Origin: Thermoanaerobaculia bacterium
GTDB lineage: Bacteria > Acidobacteriota > Thermoanaerobaculia > UBA5066
Length of the DNA: 64,000 bases
Direction: 5' to 3'
Assembly (NCBI GenBank): GCA_963816185.1
Contig: CAWFJJ010000005.1
Coordinates: 224,001 to 288,000 of the forward strand
The notes below the pieces were generated by a model. The model searched no databases. It was not told the origin of the DNA and saw only the letters and a program-made list of their open reading frames with translations. This document shows, in pieces, positions 30,415 through 41,283 of the stretch; position 1 is the first letter of the stretch, and each line of letters starts with the position of its first letter. The position numbers were made by a program, and so were the translations under genes.

Positions 30415-30999
30415 GTGAAGCCGGGAGTCGACGCGATACACGCGGCCGGGGCGGCTGCGGTCCTCGCGGTGGTGTCGCTCGCTCACCTCCCCGTTGCCCG
30501 ATTCCTGCACTACCTTTCATTCTCAGGCGACGTGGACGTGGGGCGCCTCTTGTGGTTCGCGCCTGCCGCGGTCCTCGGTGCGTTTCTGTTCGAGCGCATC
30601 GTCCGGGGTACGTTCTACGGCTGGCTCCGGAAGAAGCTCCCGGCCGGAATGGCCGCGCCCGTCGTCGCCGCGGTCGGCGCGGTGCCGGTCGCGGCGCTTC
30701 GACTGTGGCTGGCCCCGCGTTTCGAGGCTCCGCCGCTCCTCGCGATGGTGCACGCCTATCTCGTCGCGTTCGCTCTCGGGCTCGGCCTCGCGTGGCTCGC
30801 GCTCGGGACAGGCGCCACGTGGCCCGGCGGCGCCGCGCTCGCGGTGATCTGGCTCGTGAAAGGAACGGTCCCGGTCGCTTTTCACGGGCGTCCCGTCCCC
30901 GTTCTCGAGCTCCTGGCAGCGGCTCTGGGAGCCGTCGCCGTGGCGTTCGTCCTGAAGAAGCCGCTCGCCCCGCACCGCGACGCGCTGTGGGGCGCGTGA
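30415..30999 (+). CDS. Multi-pass membrane protein (distant CPBP-like)
   Basis: About 6 hydrophobic helices, FERIVRG; TACCAT 6 nt before the GTG. Confidence 0.6.
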   Translation: MKPGVDAIHAAGAAAVLAVVSLAHLPVARFLHYLSFSGDVDVGRLLWFAPAAVLGAFLFERIVRGTFYGWLRKKLPAGMAAPVVAAVGAVPVAALRLWLAPRFEAPPLLAMVHAYLVAFALGLGLAWLALGTGATWPGGAALAVIWLVKGTVPVAFHGRPVPVLELLAAALGAVAVAFVLKKPLAPHRDALWGA

Positions 31000-31016
31000 G
31001 AGTGGAGGTGTCCCCG

Positions 31017-31586
31017 ATGAGCGCGGTTCCCTCGCGTCTCAGACAGCTCGACCTCTTCCTCGAAGAGCCGCCGTCCCCCGCCGAGCTGGGTGCGGAGCAG
31101 GGGGCGCTCCAGGCTCGCTACGATTCCCTCGCGGGGGAGTGGAAGCTCCCGCGTGCCCGCGTCGTCCTCTCGACGCGCCGCGCGACCGGAGGGGTCATCA
31201 CGTACGGCCCGCCGCACGTGATCCGCGTGTCGAGCCACATGTCCTTGGAGGACCGCCTTCAGACGCTGCTGCACGAGACCGCCCACGCCATCTGCTTCGC
31301 GCGCTGGGGCGTCGCGGAGGGCCACTCGCCGCGCTTCTGGTCCGTCGCGCGAAAGCTGGGCGTCGTCCGGAAGGTCGCCCCGGAGACCGAGCGCCTGCGC
31401 CGTTTGCGCGAGGCGAACGCGCGTTACGCGTATCGCTGCCCGGGATGCACGGCGGAGTGGACGCGGCGCACTCCCTTCGGACGCGCGCGCCTCTGCGCTT
31501 CGTGTGAGCGCGCGGGCCGTCCGGCCCGCCTCATTCTCGTCCGGCGCCCGAAGCCGGCGCGCCGGCGGGCGGCGCCGAGACGCTGA
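31017..31586 (+). CDS. SprT-like zinc metalloprotease
   Basis: TLLHETAH, GHSPRF, CPGC...CASC zinc ribbon; GGAGG RBS. Confidence 0.85.
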   Translation: MSAVPSRLRQLDLFLEEPPSPAELGAEQGALQARYDSLAGEWKLPRARVVLSTRRATGGVITYGPPHVIRVSSHMSLEDRLQTLLHETAHAICFARWGVAEGHSPRFWSVARKLGVVRKVAPETERLRRLREANARYAYRCPGCTAEWTRRTPFGRARLCASCERAGRPARLILVRRPKPARRRAAPRR

Positions 31587-33381
31587 GCGGCGCGTCCAGC
31601 TTGAAGACGGGCACGAGGCCGACGGTCTCGTCGAAATAAGGCGTCCGACGATAGAAGAAGCGGCGGCGGGCCCGCGCGTCGCCGGCGAACTTCGGATCCT
31701 TCAGCTTCTCTTCCCACTCCGCCTTCAGCGCCGGATCCTTCGCGAGCATCGCCTTCGCGAGGGGATCGAGCACGCGCGTGTCCATGTACTCCTTCTCCTC
31801 GAGGCACGAGGAGAGCTCGCCCCACGCAAAGAGGGAGTCGGGGCTCTCGGGCTCGAGAAGGGCGATCGCGACGTTCGCGAGCTCCGTGTCGAGCGGCACG
31901 TAGAGCGAGCCGGCCGGGATGACGCGCGTCTCGACCGCGCGCGAGATCTTCGCCTCGACGCGGACGCGGCCCTGATACGAAGTCTTCGCGAAGACGACCG
32001 CGGAGGCGCGCGAGGTCCCGACCTCGAGCGTGCGCGCGGCCGGAAACACCTCGTACCGGATGCCGTGCGCCTTCAGCCTTTCCTCCACGCTGGAGAAGCC
32101 CGCCGGAATCAGGTATGCCGCCGGGCGCGGGACGGTCACCGTCGCCTTCGCGTGCTCGAGGCTCGGGATGTGGATCGTCTTCTCCTTCGTACGGTCCCAG
32201 CGGACGACGGGCCGCCCCGTGACCTCCGAAACGGACTCCGTCCACGCGTACGTGGGGAAGTCGACGCTCTCCGGCCGCGCGGGATCTCCCTCGGCGGCCA
32301 CGACGACGGGCGAGCCGGCCGGCTCCGTGCGCACGGCCGACCGCGCCTTCTCGCGCGCCGCGAGAAGCTCCTTCGCGCTTCGGCCCGTGCGCTCGAGGAG
32401 CGCGCGGAGAAAGACGAGGTTCGATCGGACGCGGTCCGAGAAGGGCTTGAGAGCGTGAGTCTCGACGAGGATCGACGGGACGTTGCGGATGGGGAAGTAG
32501 CCCGTGGAATACCGCGGGGAAAAGACGGACGAGTCGAGCCCCTTCATCGGATCCTTCGGGTCGCGGAATTCGACATACGCGCCGTTCGTAACGAAGCGTT
32601 CGCCTTCGACGTCGGACAGCGCCTTCGGGACCACGCCCTTCAGCCAGTCGCGGAGAGGACCCGGCGTGACGGGCTCGTTCGCGTACGAGACCGTGAGCGT
32701 GGCCTGAAAATCGGCGCCGTCCGTGACGTGGTCGTCTACGAAGAGGTCCGGCTTCCATGCGTCCGCGAGCCCGAGGAGAGCTCGTGTCTCACGCGCATCG
32801 GCCTTCACGAAGTCACGGTTCAGGTCGAGGCCCCGCGCGTTCGACCGATAGCCCATCTCGTCGGGACCGTTCTGATTCGGGCGGTTGTACGGCGAGACGC
32901 GCGTGTACCCGTCGACGTTGTAGACGACGACCGTCACGAGCGTGACGCCGTCGAGAAGGTCGAGCCGGTTCGTGAGAGCGATGTCGCGCAGGAGAATCAG
33001 CGTCGCGTCCGTGCCGTCCACTTCGCCGGCGTGAATCGAGTTGAGGACGAGGACGACGGGCTCAGGGCTCTTGAAGCGCTCGGCCGGGTCGAAGATCTTC
33101 TCCTTCGAAGCGACGACGACCGGGATGCGACGTCCCTGCTCGGAGGGCCCGATGAACGAGACGTGGAGGTACGGCGACAGGCGCTCGAGCCGCGCCAGGA
33201 ACGCGAGCACCTCGTCGTACGTCTCCGTTTTCCGGAAGCCCGTCAGCTCCGCCTGCGTGAGGAGGTCGGGCGGAACCCGGATGGGCGGATGCCCTGCGGC
33301 GAGGCCGCGCCCGGAGGCCAGCACGATCGGGAGGACGAGAAAGAGGATGGACGGCCTGAAGAGAGTCCCTCGAACGAACAT
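31531..33381 (-). CDS. Secreted M14-family zinc carboxypeptidase
   Basis: IHAGEVDG, YNVDG, LDLNRDF, DDHVTDG, LVETH; signal peptide. Confidence 0.9.
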   Translation of the reverse strand: MFVRGTLFRPSILFLVLPIVLASGRGLAAGHPPIRVPPDLLTQAELTGFRKTETYDEVLAFLARLERLSPYLHVSFIGPSEQGRRIPVVVASKEKIFDPAERFKSPEPVVLVLNSIHAGEVDGTDATLILLRDIALTNRLDLLDGVTLVTVVVYNVDGYTRVSPYNRPNQNGPDEMGYRSNARGLDLNRDFVKADARETRALLGLADAWKPDLFVDDHVTDGADFQATLTVSYANEPVTPGPLRDWLKGVVPKALSDVEGERFVTNGAYVEFRDPKDPMKGLDSSVFSPRYSTGYFPIRNVPSILVETHALKPFSDRVRSNLVFLRALLERTGRSAKELLAAREKARSAVRTEPAGSPVVVAAEGDPARPESVDFPTYAWTESVSEVTGRPVVRWDRTKEKTIHIPSLEHAKATVTVPRPAAYLIPAGFSSVEERLKAHGIRYEVFPAARTLEVGTSRASAVVFAKTSYQGRVRVEAKISRAVETRVIPAGSLYVPLDTELANVAIALLEPESPDSLFAWGELSSCLEEKEYMDTRVLDPLAKAMLAKDPALKAEWEEKLKDPKFAGDARARRRFFYRRTPYFDETVGLVPVFKLDAPLSVSAPPAGAPASGAGRE

Positions 33382-33418
33382 GCGCAAGGTTAGCAGCGGG
33401 CTGGACTATCGTAGCGGC

Positions 33419-33802
33419 ATGAAGCGCGCGCTCGCGATCCTTTTCGCAGTCTTCACGGCGGCCCCGGCCCTTGCGGCCGGGCGGGCATCCCTGAACGTCT
33501 ACTTCCAAAGCAACCTGAAGGACACGGCCTATCAAAAGAAGACGTTCGAGAGGGTCGTGAAAACGTGGAAGGCGCCTGCGTCGTCGCAGATTCCGGAGGT
33601 CGGCAAGAAGACCGTCGTGCAGTCCGTCATCGCGAAGGACGGCAAGCTCGTCTCGGCGGTCGTCTCCATGACCTCGGGAAAGAAGGGCTGGGATGCCGCG
33701 GCTCTCGCCGCGGTGAAAACAGCCGCCCCATTCGATCCTCTTCCCGGGAACTTCGGAGCTTCGACGATCGAAGTCCATTTCCACGTCAGCGTGGTGCCGT
33801 AG
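33419..33802 (+). CDS. TonB/TolA C-terminal domain protein
   Basis: Signal peptide; VIAKDGKL...SGKKGWDAAALAAVKTAAPFDPLP...VHFH. Confidence 0.78.
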   Translation: MKRALAILFAVFTAAPALAAGRASLNVYFQSNLKDTAYQKKTFERVVKTWKAPASSQIPEVGKKTVVQSVIAKDGKLVSAVVSMTSGKKGWDAAALAAVKTAAPFDPLPGNFGASTIEVHFHVSVVP

Positions 33803-33848
33803 GCCAGAGACGAAGATAGCCTGCGAGTCACGCAGTTCGAGTGAGGAG

Positions 33849-34973
33849 TCACTTTTCCTTGTTCGAGAACTCGGGCCACCATTTCGCAAGGCGTCGCCGG
33901 ATCGTGTTCAGAACCCGGTCAGCGCTCCCCGATCCGGCGGTTGCAGCCTCGGGAGCTACCTTTAGAGCGTAGTAGGAAACCGCTTCCGCATCGGTGCCGA
34001 TTGTTTGCCGCAGGCGGATCGGGCCCGGAGTACGTGATCCTGATGAGTCGAGATCAAAGACATAGATCCAAGCGGGAATTCGGTTGCCGGCGGCCTTGTC
34101 GGCTGAATGTCGCAGCCTGAAAGTACCGTCGGAGAGGAGCTTCATCTCTGGCTTTCCGAGGTGTTTTTGCCAGCTGTCCCATACCGAGACCGGAAGCGCC
34201 AGCACGCAGCCTGCACAGGATTCATCGGCGCCGATCTGAAACTTCAACATCATCTGATAGAAGGTCCGCTTGAAGACGTTCGCGATGTTCGGCCCCTCGA
34301 TGCGCTCTGAGAGCCAGTGCGGGTTCTCGCGTAGCGCCTTGAAGAAGCTTCGGCGGTGAAGTCTTAAGGCGTCGCCGAGGTTCTTGACCACGCTCCGGTA
34401 AGAGCCGTGAAAGTCCATGGTCTGGACCTCGAGGATTCCGTATCTGTTGAGGCTCAATCGACCATCATCGCTCTCTATGTGGATCAGGGTGATGTCGAAT
34501 GAGAACTCGGGTGAACGCTCGGTTGCCGCGATCGAAATCTCGCCTCCAAGCTTGTCCTGAAAGTAGAGGACGCCCGCGGAACCCTTTTGGATGTCGCTAG
34601 CAAAGCGACTCTTGACCTTGGGATGCGCCAGCGTCGGCGCCGGCAGGATCGTGAGCGGTCTCGAAGCAGCCCGGCCAAACAGCCTTCGCGCGACCTGTTC
34701 GAGCAGCTTGTCGTCCAGCGCCCGATAGGGGCATACAAGCCAATCCTGGCGCGGGCCATTACTGGCGCTGCTGATCGTGCAGATCCCGAGCGAAGAAACC
34801 GGCTTTACACAGCTTTTTTCCTCGCCGGTGACGCGAGAAAGGAATGGGCACCGCGACGACTGCTGATCACTAAGCCCGCCGGACGCGATTGACTCAGATG
34901 GATAGACGCGGTGACCGAACCACTCGCTCACAAAGTTCCCGCGCGTTTGCTTCGGAGGCACCTTGTTACGCAT
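33849..34973 (-). CDS. NotI-family type II restriction endonuclease
   Basis: SEWFGHR, four Cys (CPF, CVK, GICT, VCPYR) as in the NotI metal site, SFD...EVQTMDFHGSY, PNIANVFKR; lower GC; follows a methyltransferase. Confidence 0.78.
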   Translation of the reverse strand: MRNKVPPKQTRGNFVSEWFGHRVYPSESIASGGLSDQQSSRCPFLSRVTGEEKSCVKPVSSLGICTISSASNGPRQDWLVCPYRALDDKLLEQVARRLFGRAASRPLTILPAPTLAHPKVKSRFASDIQKGSAGVLYFQDKLGGEISIAATERSPEFSFDITLIHIESDDGRLSLNRYGILEVQTMDFHGSYRSVVKNLGDALRLHRRSFFKALRENPHWLSERIEGPNIANVFKRTFYQMMLKFQIGADESCAGCVLALPVSVWDSWQKHLGKPEMKLLSDGTFRLRHSADKAAGNRIPAWIYVFDLDSSGSRTPGPIRLRQTIGTDAEAVSYYALKVAPEAATAGSGSADRVLNTIRRRLAKWWPEFSNKEK

Positions 34974-35060
34974 GAAGCGGCAAGATCATGCTGCGAAGGC
35001 GTCTGGCGACGTTAGCCCGCGCCGCCTCTGCGTACTCGGGAACGAGCTCAAAGCCCAGAG
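34966..35060 (-). pseudogene. C-terminal remnant of an N4/N6 DNA methyltransferase
   Basis: LGFELVPEYAEAARANV...* begins at the IS boundary; stop overlaps the endonuclease start. Confidence 0.7.
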
Positions 35061-35110
35061 TGAATCGCCCCGGCATTTCCGGAGGCTCCAACACTTGAGA
35101 GGATGGAGCC

Positions 35111-36342
<1,232 letters not shown>

Positions 36343-36372
36343 ACAGGTCTCCGGAGAACCCGGGGCGTTTCA

Positions 36373-36707
36373 ACCCCTCCGTTTTGTCGATACCACTCGT
36401 AGGGAGGGGGAGCATCGACGGAATGGCCCGTCTCCTTCCATCTTTCGAGGATCGACCAGTCGTGACTGAGGCTGTACGTCCGTTGTCCCCAATAAGGCGG
36501 GCTGGTGATCAGGAGGTCAACGCTGTTAGGCGGTAGCCGATCGAGAAGGTCGTAAGCGTCGCCGATCTCAATGAGTGGCGTCTTTGCCCCGTGTCCATAT
36601 TCTCTGACGACAGACCTGAGTGCGAGAGCGGTTCTCGCGCTGTGAGGTCGCAGGATGGGGTACTGAGTCGGTTTCCCAGCACTCCGCGTGGATTTGTGGC
36701 TAGCCAT
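36373..36707 (-). pseudogene. N-terminal part of a beta-class N4-cytosine/N6-adenine DNA methyltransferase, cut by the IS
   Basis: IGDAYDLLDRLPPNSVDLLITSPPYW catalytic motif; frame runs into the IS right end after ...WYRQNGG. Confidence 0.85.
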
Positions 36708-36783
36708 TTCGTCCTGGAACCGTCGCCGTCAGACAACTCGTTGAAGCAGCGTAGCACGCCCCGAAGCGAAGGAATGGCCTCCG

Positions 36784-37968
36784 TCAGATCACCCCGAACT
36801 CCTTCCCGACCGCGATGAACGCTTCGACGGCTTCGTCCAGGTCGGCCTCCGTGTGGACCGCGGAGATCTGGCAGCGCAGCCGCGCGTGACCTTTCGGGAC
36901 GACGGGGAAGCCGAAGCCCGAGACGTACACGCCACGCTGGAAGAGCGCGTCCGACATCGCGAGCGCTTTCGCCGTGTCGCCGACGATCACGGGAACGATC
37001 GGGTGGATGCCGTCCGGGATCCGGAATCCCGCGGCCGACATGCGCGCGCGGAACATCCGTGCGTTCTTCTGGACGCGATGGGCGGGCGAGGGGTCTTCCA
37101 TCAGCATGCGGAACGCCTCCAGGGAGGACGCCGCGACGGCGGGCGGGAGCGCGTTCGAGAAGAGCGACGTGCGCGAGCGCTGCCGGAGGAGATCCACGAT
37201 GGGCGCGGGCCCGGTCGTGAAGCCGCCCGCGGCCGAGCCCATCGCCTTCCCGAGCGTGGACGTGAAGAGCGAGACGCGCGACATGACTCCCAGCTCCTCG
37301 GCCGAGCCGCGGCCGGTCTTCCCGAGGACTCCCGTCGCGTGGGAATCGTCCACGACGAGGGTCGCGTCGTACCGGTCGCAGAGGTCCGCGAGCTCGCGGA
37401 GCGACCCGATCTCGCCTTCCATCGAAAAGACGCCGTCCGTGATGAAGAGGCGACGGCGCGCGGCTTGCGCTTCCTGGAGGGCCTTCTCGAGCGCCGCGAG
37501 GTCGCCGTGCGGCGTGAGGAAACGCTTCGCCTTGCAGAGGCGAACGCCGTCGATGATCGAGGCGTGGTTGAGGGCGTCCGAGAGGAGCGCGTCCTCCTCG
37601 CCGAGGAGGGGCGCGAAGAGCCCCTCGTTCGCGTTCCAGCAGGACATGTAGAGGATCGCGTCCTCGGTCCCGAAAAAGCGCGAGATCGTCTCCTCGAGCT
37701 CCTTGTGGAGAGCCTGCGTTCCGCAGATGAAACGCACCGAGCCGAGGCCGTTTCCCCACTTTTCGAGCGCGTCTTTCGCAGCCTTCACGATGCGCGGGTG
37801 GTTCGCGAATCCGAGGTAGTTGTTCGAGGTGAGCATGAGGACGTCGCGGCCGTCCACGCGCACGCGCGCCCCCGTGGGTCCTTCGAGGACGCGCTCTTTT
37901 TTCCAGGTCTTCGCGTTCTTCAGCGCGGCGATCTCCGCGCGGCAGAAATCGGTGAGGCTTGTGCTCAT
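36784..37968 (-). CDS. kbl: Glycine C-acetyltransferase (2-amino-3-ketobutyrate CoA ligase)
   Basis: SNNYLGFA, SVRFICGTQ, SDALNHASIIDG, TDGVFSM, DDSH, TLGKA, LRQRSR, ARLRCQIS. Confidence 0.93.
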   Translation of the reverse strand: MSTSLTDFCRAEIAALKNAKTWKKERVLEGPTGARVRVDGRDVLMLTSNNYLGFANHPRIVKAAKDALEKWGNGLGSVRFICGTQALHKELEETISRFFGTEDAILYMSCWNANEGLFAPLLGEEDALLSDALNHASIIDGVRLCKAKRFLTPHGDLAALEKALQEAQAARRRLFITDGVFSMEGEIGSLRELADLCDRYDATLVVDDSHATGVLGKTGRGSAEELGVMSRVSLFTSTLGKAMGSAAGGFTTGPAPIVDLLRQRSRTSLFSNALPPAVAASSLEAFRMLMEDPSPAHRVQKNARMFRARMSAAGFRIPDGIHPIVPVIVGDTAKALAMSDALFQRGVYVSGFGFPVVPKGHARLRCQISAVHTEADLDEAVEAFIAVGKEFGVI

Positions 37969-37994
37969 GCCGGCGAGGTTATCCGAAAAATGAA

Positions 37995-38020
37995 GCGGCG
38001 GGCCGAATCGGGCCCGCCGC
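37995..38020 (-). terminator. Rho-independent terminator
   Basis: GCGGCGGGCC/GGCCCGCCGC 10-bp stem followed on the minus strand by TTCATTTTT, 25 nt after the upstream stop. Confidence 0.8.
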
Positions 38021-38045
38021 GGGAAGGAGCGAGGCGCTCGGATCC

Positions 38046-39158
38046 TTATTTCTTCGTGATCTCGGTCGCGATGAACTGCGCCGCGGACAGGCTCGCGCCC
38101 ATCGCCGAGGCCATCACGAACGTGCCCTTCACGCGGACGGCCGACCCGACGACGATGCCGGCGTCGACCTTCGTGAGCCCGTTCACGAGGACGTCGCGCG
38201 AGGAGATCTTCCAGTGGCCCAGCGGTGCGCCGGTCGCCGACGGGGTTGGCGGGATCGACTCGACGATGCCGTCGAACTCGGTCGCGCGCCCTCCCGGACC
38301 CGGAGGCGGAACGACCGGAGCCTTCGTGATGGACACGGCGACGAGGAACGAGGGCGCCATCGAGCCCGGCGGCGGGTTCTGGATGCGCGCGACGACATCG
38401 ACGATGTCGCCGACCTTCGGATCGCCGACGATCTTCGTGTCGGAATCGATCTGCACCACGCGGCCCGCGATCGTCCACGCGGTCGGCGTGATCGTCTGGA
38501 CGGGGCCACGGAACGCGAAGAGCACCGGCGGCGAGACTCCGAACGCGGCGACGCTCGTCGCGAGAAGGCCGCCGGAATCCACGACGGACACGATCGCGAA
38601 CATGCCCGGCTGGAGGTCGCCGATCCCCTTGACGGCGCCGCTCGGGCCGCCTCCGGACCATTTCGTGCTCGGGTCCGTGGAAACCGTCTGGTCGAGCATC
38701 GTGAATTTCCCGTCCGCGACGTCCACGAATTGGATCGTGCCCGTGAGCTCGCCCGCGCGCGCCGGAAACACGACCACGCTCGTCGCCGCGAGCGGCGGCG
38801 GCGGAACAGAGGGCGGAAGCGCGGCCGGAACCGTCACCTGCGCGACGACGCGGTCGCCGACGAGAATGCCTGACCACGGGAGCGGGTTCGCGAACCGATC
38901 ATCGCCCCCGGTGATCGTGGCGTTCGTAACGTCGATTCGAACGTCGCCCTCGATGAGGTCGAGGACGGGACCCGTGACTTTGGAAACGACTCCCTCGACG
39001 GTGGAGGATCTCACCGCCGACGGCAACGATGCGCCGTCCTCAGCCGCCGCGAAAGGCGCGAGGCCGAAGAGAAGAAGGAGAGACACGACGAGAGCGGAGG
39101 AAGTTCCGAGCAGAGTATGTCGTCTGGAGGTGCGCGCAAGAAGGGAACGAGTCGTCAT
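38046..39158 (-). CDS. Secreted DUF5666-like repeat protein
   Basis: Signal peptide; four repeats of the type G.V......W.I.G..V.....TK..G...VG..V.V. Confidence 0.75.
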   Translation of the reverse strand: MTTRSLLARTSRRHTLLGTSSALVVSLLLLFGLAPFAAAEDGASLPSAVRSSTVEGVVSKVTGPVLDLIEGDVRIDVTNATITGGDDRFANPLPWSGILVGDRVVAQVTVPAALPPSVPPPPLAATSVVVFPARAGELTGTIQFVDVADGKFTMLDQTVSTDPSTKWSGGGPSGAVKGIGDLQPGMFAIVSVVDSGGLLATSVAAFGVSPPVLFAFRGPVQTITPTAWTIAGRVVQIDSDTKIVGDPKVGDIVDVVARIQNPPPGSMAPSFLVAVSITKAPVVPPPGPGGRATEFDGIVESIPPTPSATGAPLGHWKISSRDVLVNGLTKVDAGIVVGSAVRVKGTFVMASAMGASLSAAQFIATEITKK

Positions 39159-39292
39159 CGTGGCTCTCCTTCCGGTCGGGAGTGTCCAGGCCGGAAGCCA
39201 TCCCACGCTCCTACGGCCGGCCTAACGGCGGCGTCGACCGGCCTTTCTCCTGGCGGGTCTCTTCTTGGACTTTCCCTTCGGGACGCGCTTCT

Positions 39293-39883
39293 TCATCGGG
39301 CGTCGGGCCGCCTTTTTCGCGGCCTTCTTTTGACGGGCTTCCGTTTCGCGGGACGCGCTTTTCTCGCGGCCTTCTTTTTCGCCGGCCGTCGCGCTTTCTC
39401 CTTCGTCTTCTTCTTCTTCGCTCCGCCGAGCGTGCGGGCCTGCTCGCGCCTCTTGCGGGCATGGAGCTTCTGTTTGACGAGCTCGTCGATCTGCGACGTC
39501 GGGACCCAGTCTTCGTCGGGGTGCAGATCCGAGGCCTGAAAAACGATGATTCGGTAGCCGTCCGGATCGAGAATCTCCGCCGAGCGGCCTGTGAACTCGT
39601 CGGTCGGCGGTCGCGTCACCGTGACGCCGCGCTCCTTGAGCTTTGCGATCGTCTCGTCGAGCGACCAGGTAGAAAAAACCGCGGCGACCTGGTTGCGCGA
39701 CGGCACTTCGCCGGGACGCAAGGGAGTGAGCTTGAGAAGCAAAGGACCAAGCGCGAATTCGACCCAGTCGTTCTCGAAGCCGCCCCCCTCAGGCAGTCCG
39801 AGGGTCTCACCATAGAAGCGGCGTGAACGCGGAAAATCGCTTGCGGAAACATGAATCCGCCTGAGGGCGAGGAACATCTTCAA
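39293..39883 (-). CDS. VOC/glyoxalase-family protein with Lys/Arg-rich C-terminal tail
   Basis: SDFPRSRRFYGETLGL, GRSAEILDPDGYRI; tail KKKKTKEKARRPAKKKAARK. Confidence 0.85.
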   Translation of the reverse strand: MKMFLALRRIHVSASDFPRSRRFYGETLGLPEGGGFENDWVEFALGPLLLKLTPLRPGEVPSRNQVAAVFSTWSLDETIAKLKERGVTVTRPPTDEFTGRSAEILDPDGYRIIVFQASDLHPDEDWVPTSQIDELVKQKLHARKRREQARTLGGAKKKKTKEKARRPAKKKAARKARPAKRKPVKRRPRKRRPDAR

Positions 39884-40002
39884 ACCTCCGAATCCGTCTC
39901 CCGGAAGAACGCCGGCCCCGAAAATCCCCTGGAACCTTGGGCGAGACTGTCCGCGTTCCTCCCGTTCCGGGGGAGCCGGCCAGAACTGATTCCGGAGCTT
40001 GG

Positions 40003-40031
40003 ATTCTAGAAGGAAGTGGTTGAGTTTTCAA
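40003..40031 (-). promoter_or_regulatory. Sigma70 promoter driving a structured leader and the VOC gene
   Basis: Minus strand TTGAAA-17 nt-TAGAAT. Confidence 0.7.
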
Positions 40032-40465
40032 TCACTTTCGTGCTGATGACTCGTTCCTCCGCAAGGCTCGACCCAGACGGCGCCGGAGGGGCCGGACTCG
40101 CGCTTCCAGATCGGAACCCGGGCCTTGATCGCCTCGATTCCGGCTCGACAGGCCGCGAAGGCCTCCGCCCGATGAGGAGCCGAAGCCGCGACGACCACCG
40201 CGACGTCCCCTACCGCCAGTGCGCCAACCCTATGGCGGAAAAGCACTTGCGCGTCAGGGTGGCTACGGGCGAGGTCCTCCGCGATGCGGGCCATCTCTTT
40301 CTCGGCCATGGGGCCGTAGGCTTCGTAATCGAGCCGTTCCACCTTGTGGCCCTCGTTTTCGTCCCGCACGACACCCACGAAGAGCGCCAGCCCGCCGTCT
40401 TTATCCCGCCTGAGGACGTTCAACAGCGCGGCGGGATCGAGCGGGTCCGTCGAAAGGAAGCTCAC
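40028..40465 (-). CDS. moaE: Molybdopterin synthase catalytic subunit
   Basis: GGLALFVGVVR, LDYEAY, HRVG, HRAEAF, IKARVPIWKRE. Confidence 0.95.
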   Translation of the reverse strand: MSFLSTDPLDPAALLNVLRRDKDGGLALFVGVVRDENEGHKVERLDYEAYGPMAEKEMARIAEDLARSHPDAQVLFRHRVGALAVGDVAVVVAASAPHRAEAFAACRAGIEAIKARVPIWKRESGPSGAVWVEPCGGTSHQHESD

Positions 40466-40500
40466 GAAAACATGATAAGACCCAAGGCGGGAAATCGAAT

Positions 40501-41268
40501 ATGACGACGCGCCGCCGCCGCGTCCTGGCCGTCTCCGCGCTCAAGGGCGGCGTGGGGAAGACGACGACCGCCGTGAACCTGGCGGCGGCGGCCGCTCGCG
40601 CCGGGCGCCGCACGCTCCTCGTGGATGCCGATCCCCAGGGCGGCGTCGGAATGTCCCTCGGACTCGCTCCCGAAGCGCGAGGCCTCGCGGCCTGGGTGAC
40701 GAAGGACGCCTCCTTCGAGGATTCGGTGGTGCGTGCCTCTCGCGAAAATCTCGACGTCCTGCCTTCCGGCGAGCGGCTCCTCGAAGTCGAAGACGTGTTC
40801 CGGGAGAAAGGGAAGGAAAAGCGCAGAACCCGCCTCGAAAGGCGCTTCGAGACGCTCGGCGAGGAGGGGTACGAGGTCGTCATCCTCGACTGTCCGCCCG
40901 CGGCTTCGCTCCTCCTCGAGAACGTGTATCACGTCGCGGACGAGCTCATCCTGCCCGCGAAGCTCGACTTTCTCTCGCTCCCGGCGCTCGAGAAGACGCG
41001 TCTCTTCGTGAAGGAGGAGAACGTCTCACGCGAAAAGCCGCTCCGGATCGCGGGCGTCCTGCCGACGTTCTACGACCTGAGGACCGCCGTCTCGACGGAG
41101 CTCCTCGACACGTTGCGCGAGCGCTTCACGAAGATCCTCTCGCCGATCCGCATCAACGTCGCGCTCGCCGAGGCGCCCTCCGTCGGGAAGACGATCTTCG
41201 AGTTCGACGGGTCTTCGCGAGGCGCGGTCGATTACGCGCTCCTCGCGGAGGATCTGAAGCTGGCCTGA
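40501..41268 (+). CDS. ParA/Soj-family ATPase (orphan)
   Basis: KGGVGKTT, LVDADPQG, ILDCPP, LAEAPS; no adjacent parB. Confidence 0.9.
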   Translation: MTTRRRRVLAVSALKGGVGKTTTAVNLAAAAARAGRRTLLVDADPQGGVGMSLGLAPEARGLAAWVTKDASFEDSVVRASRENLDVLPSGERLLEVEDVFREKGKEKRRTRLERRFETLGEEGYEVVILDCPPAASLLLENVYHVADELILPAKLDFLSLPALEKTRLFVKEENVSREKPLRIAGVLPTFYDLRTAVSTELLDTLRERFTKILSPIRINVALAEAPSVGKTIFEFDGSSRGAVDYALLAEDLKLA

Positions 41269-41283
41269 AGGGGACGGCATTCT

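Noticed and set aside
39885-40010. Calling the intergenic hairpin 6S or SRP RNA
   Set aside because: No SRP GNRA/helix-8 consensus and too short for a typical 6S; kept only as an unassigned structured RNA candidate
40002-40013. GATTCTAGAAGG as another copy of the dispersed CCTTCTAAG motif
   Set aside because: Better explained as the TAGAAT -10 box of the minus-strand promoter, and it has no inverted partner
40501-41268. ParA as evidence for a plasmid or integrated element
   Set aside because: No parB, parS, rep, integrase or transfer genes nearby; surrounded by chromosomal housekeeping genes
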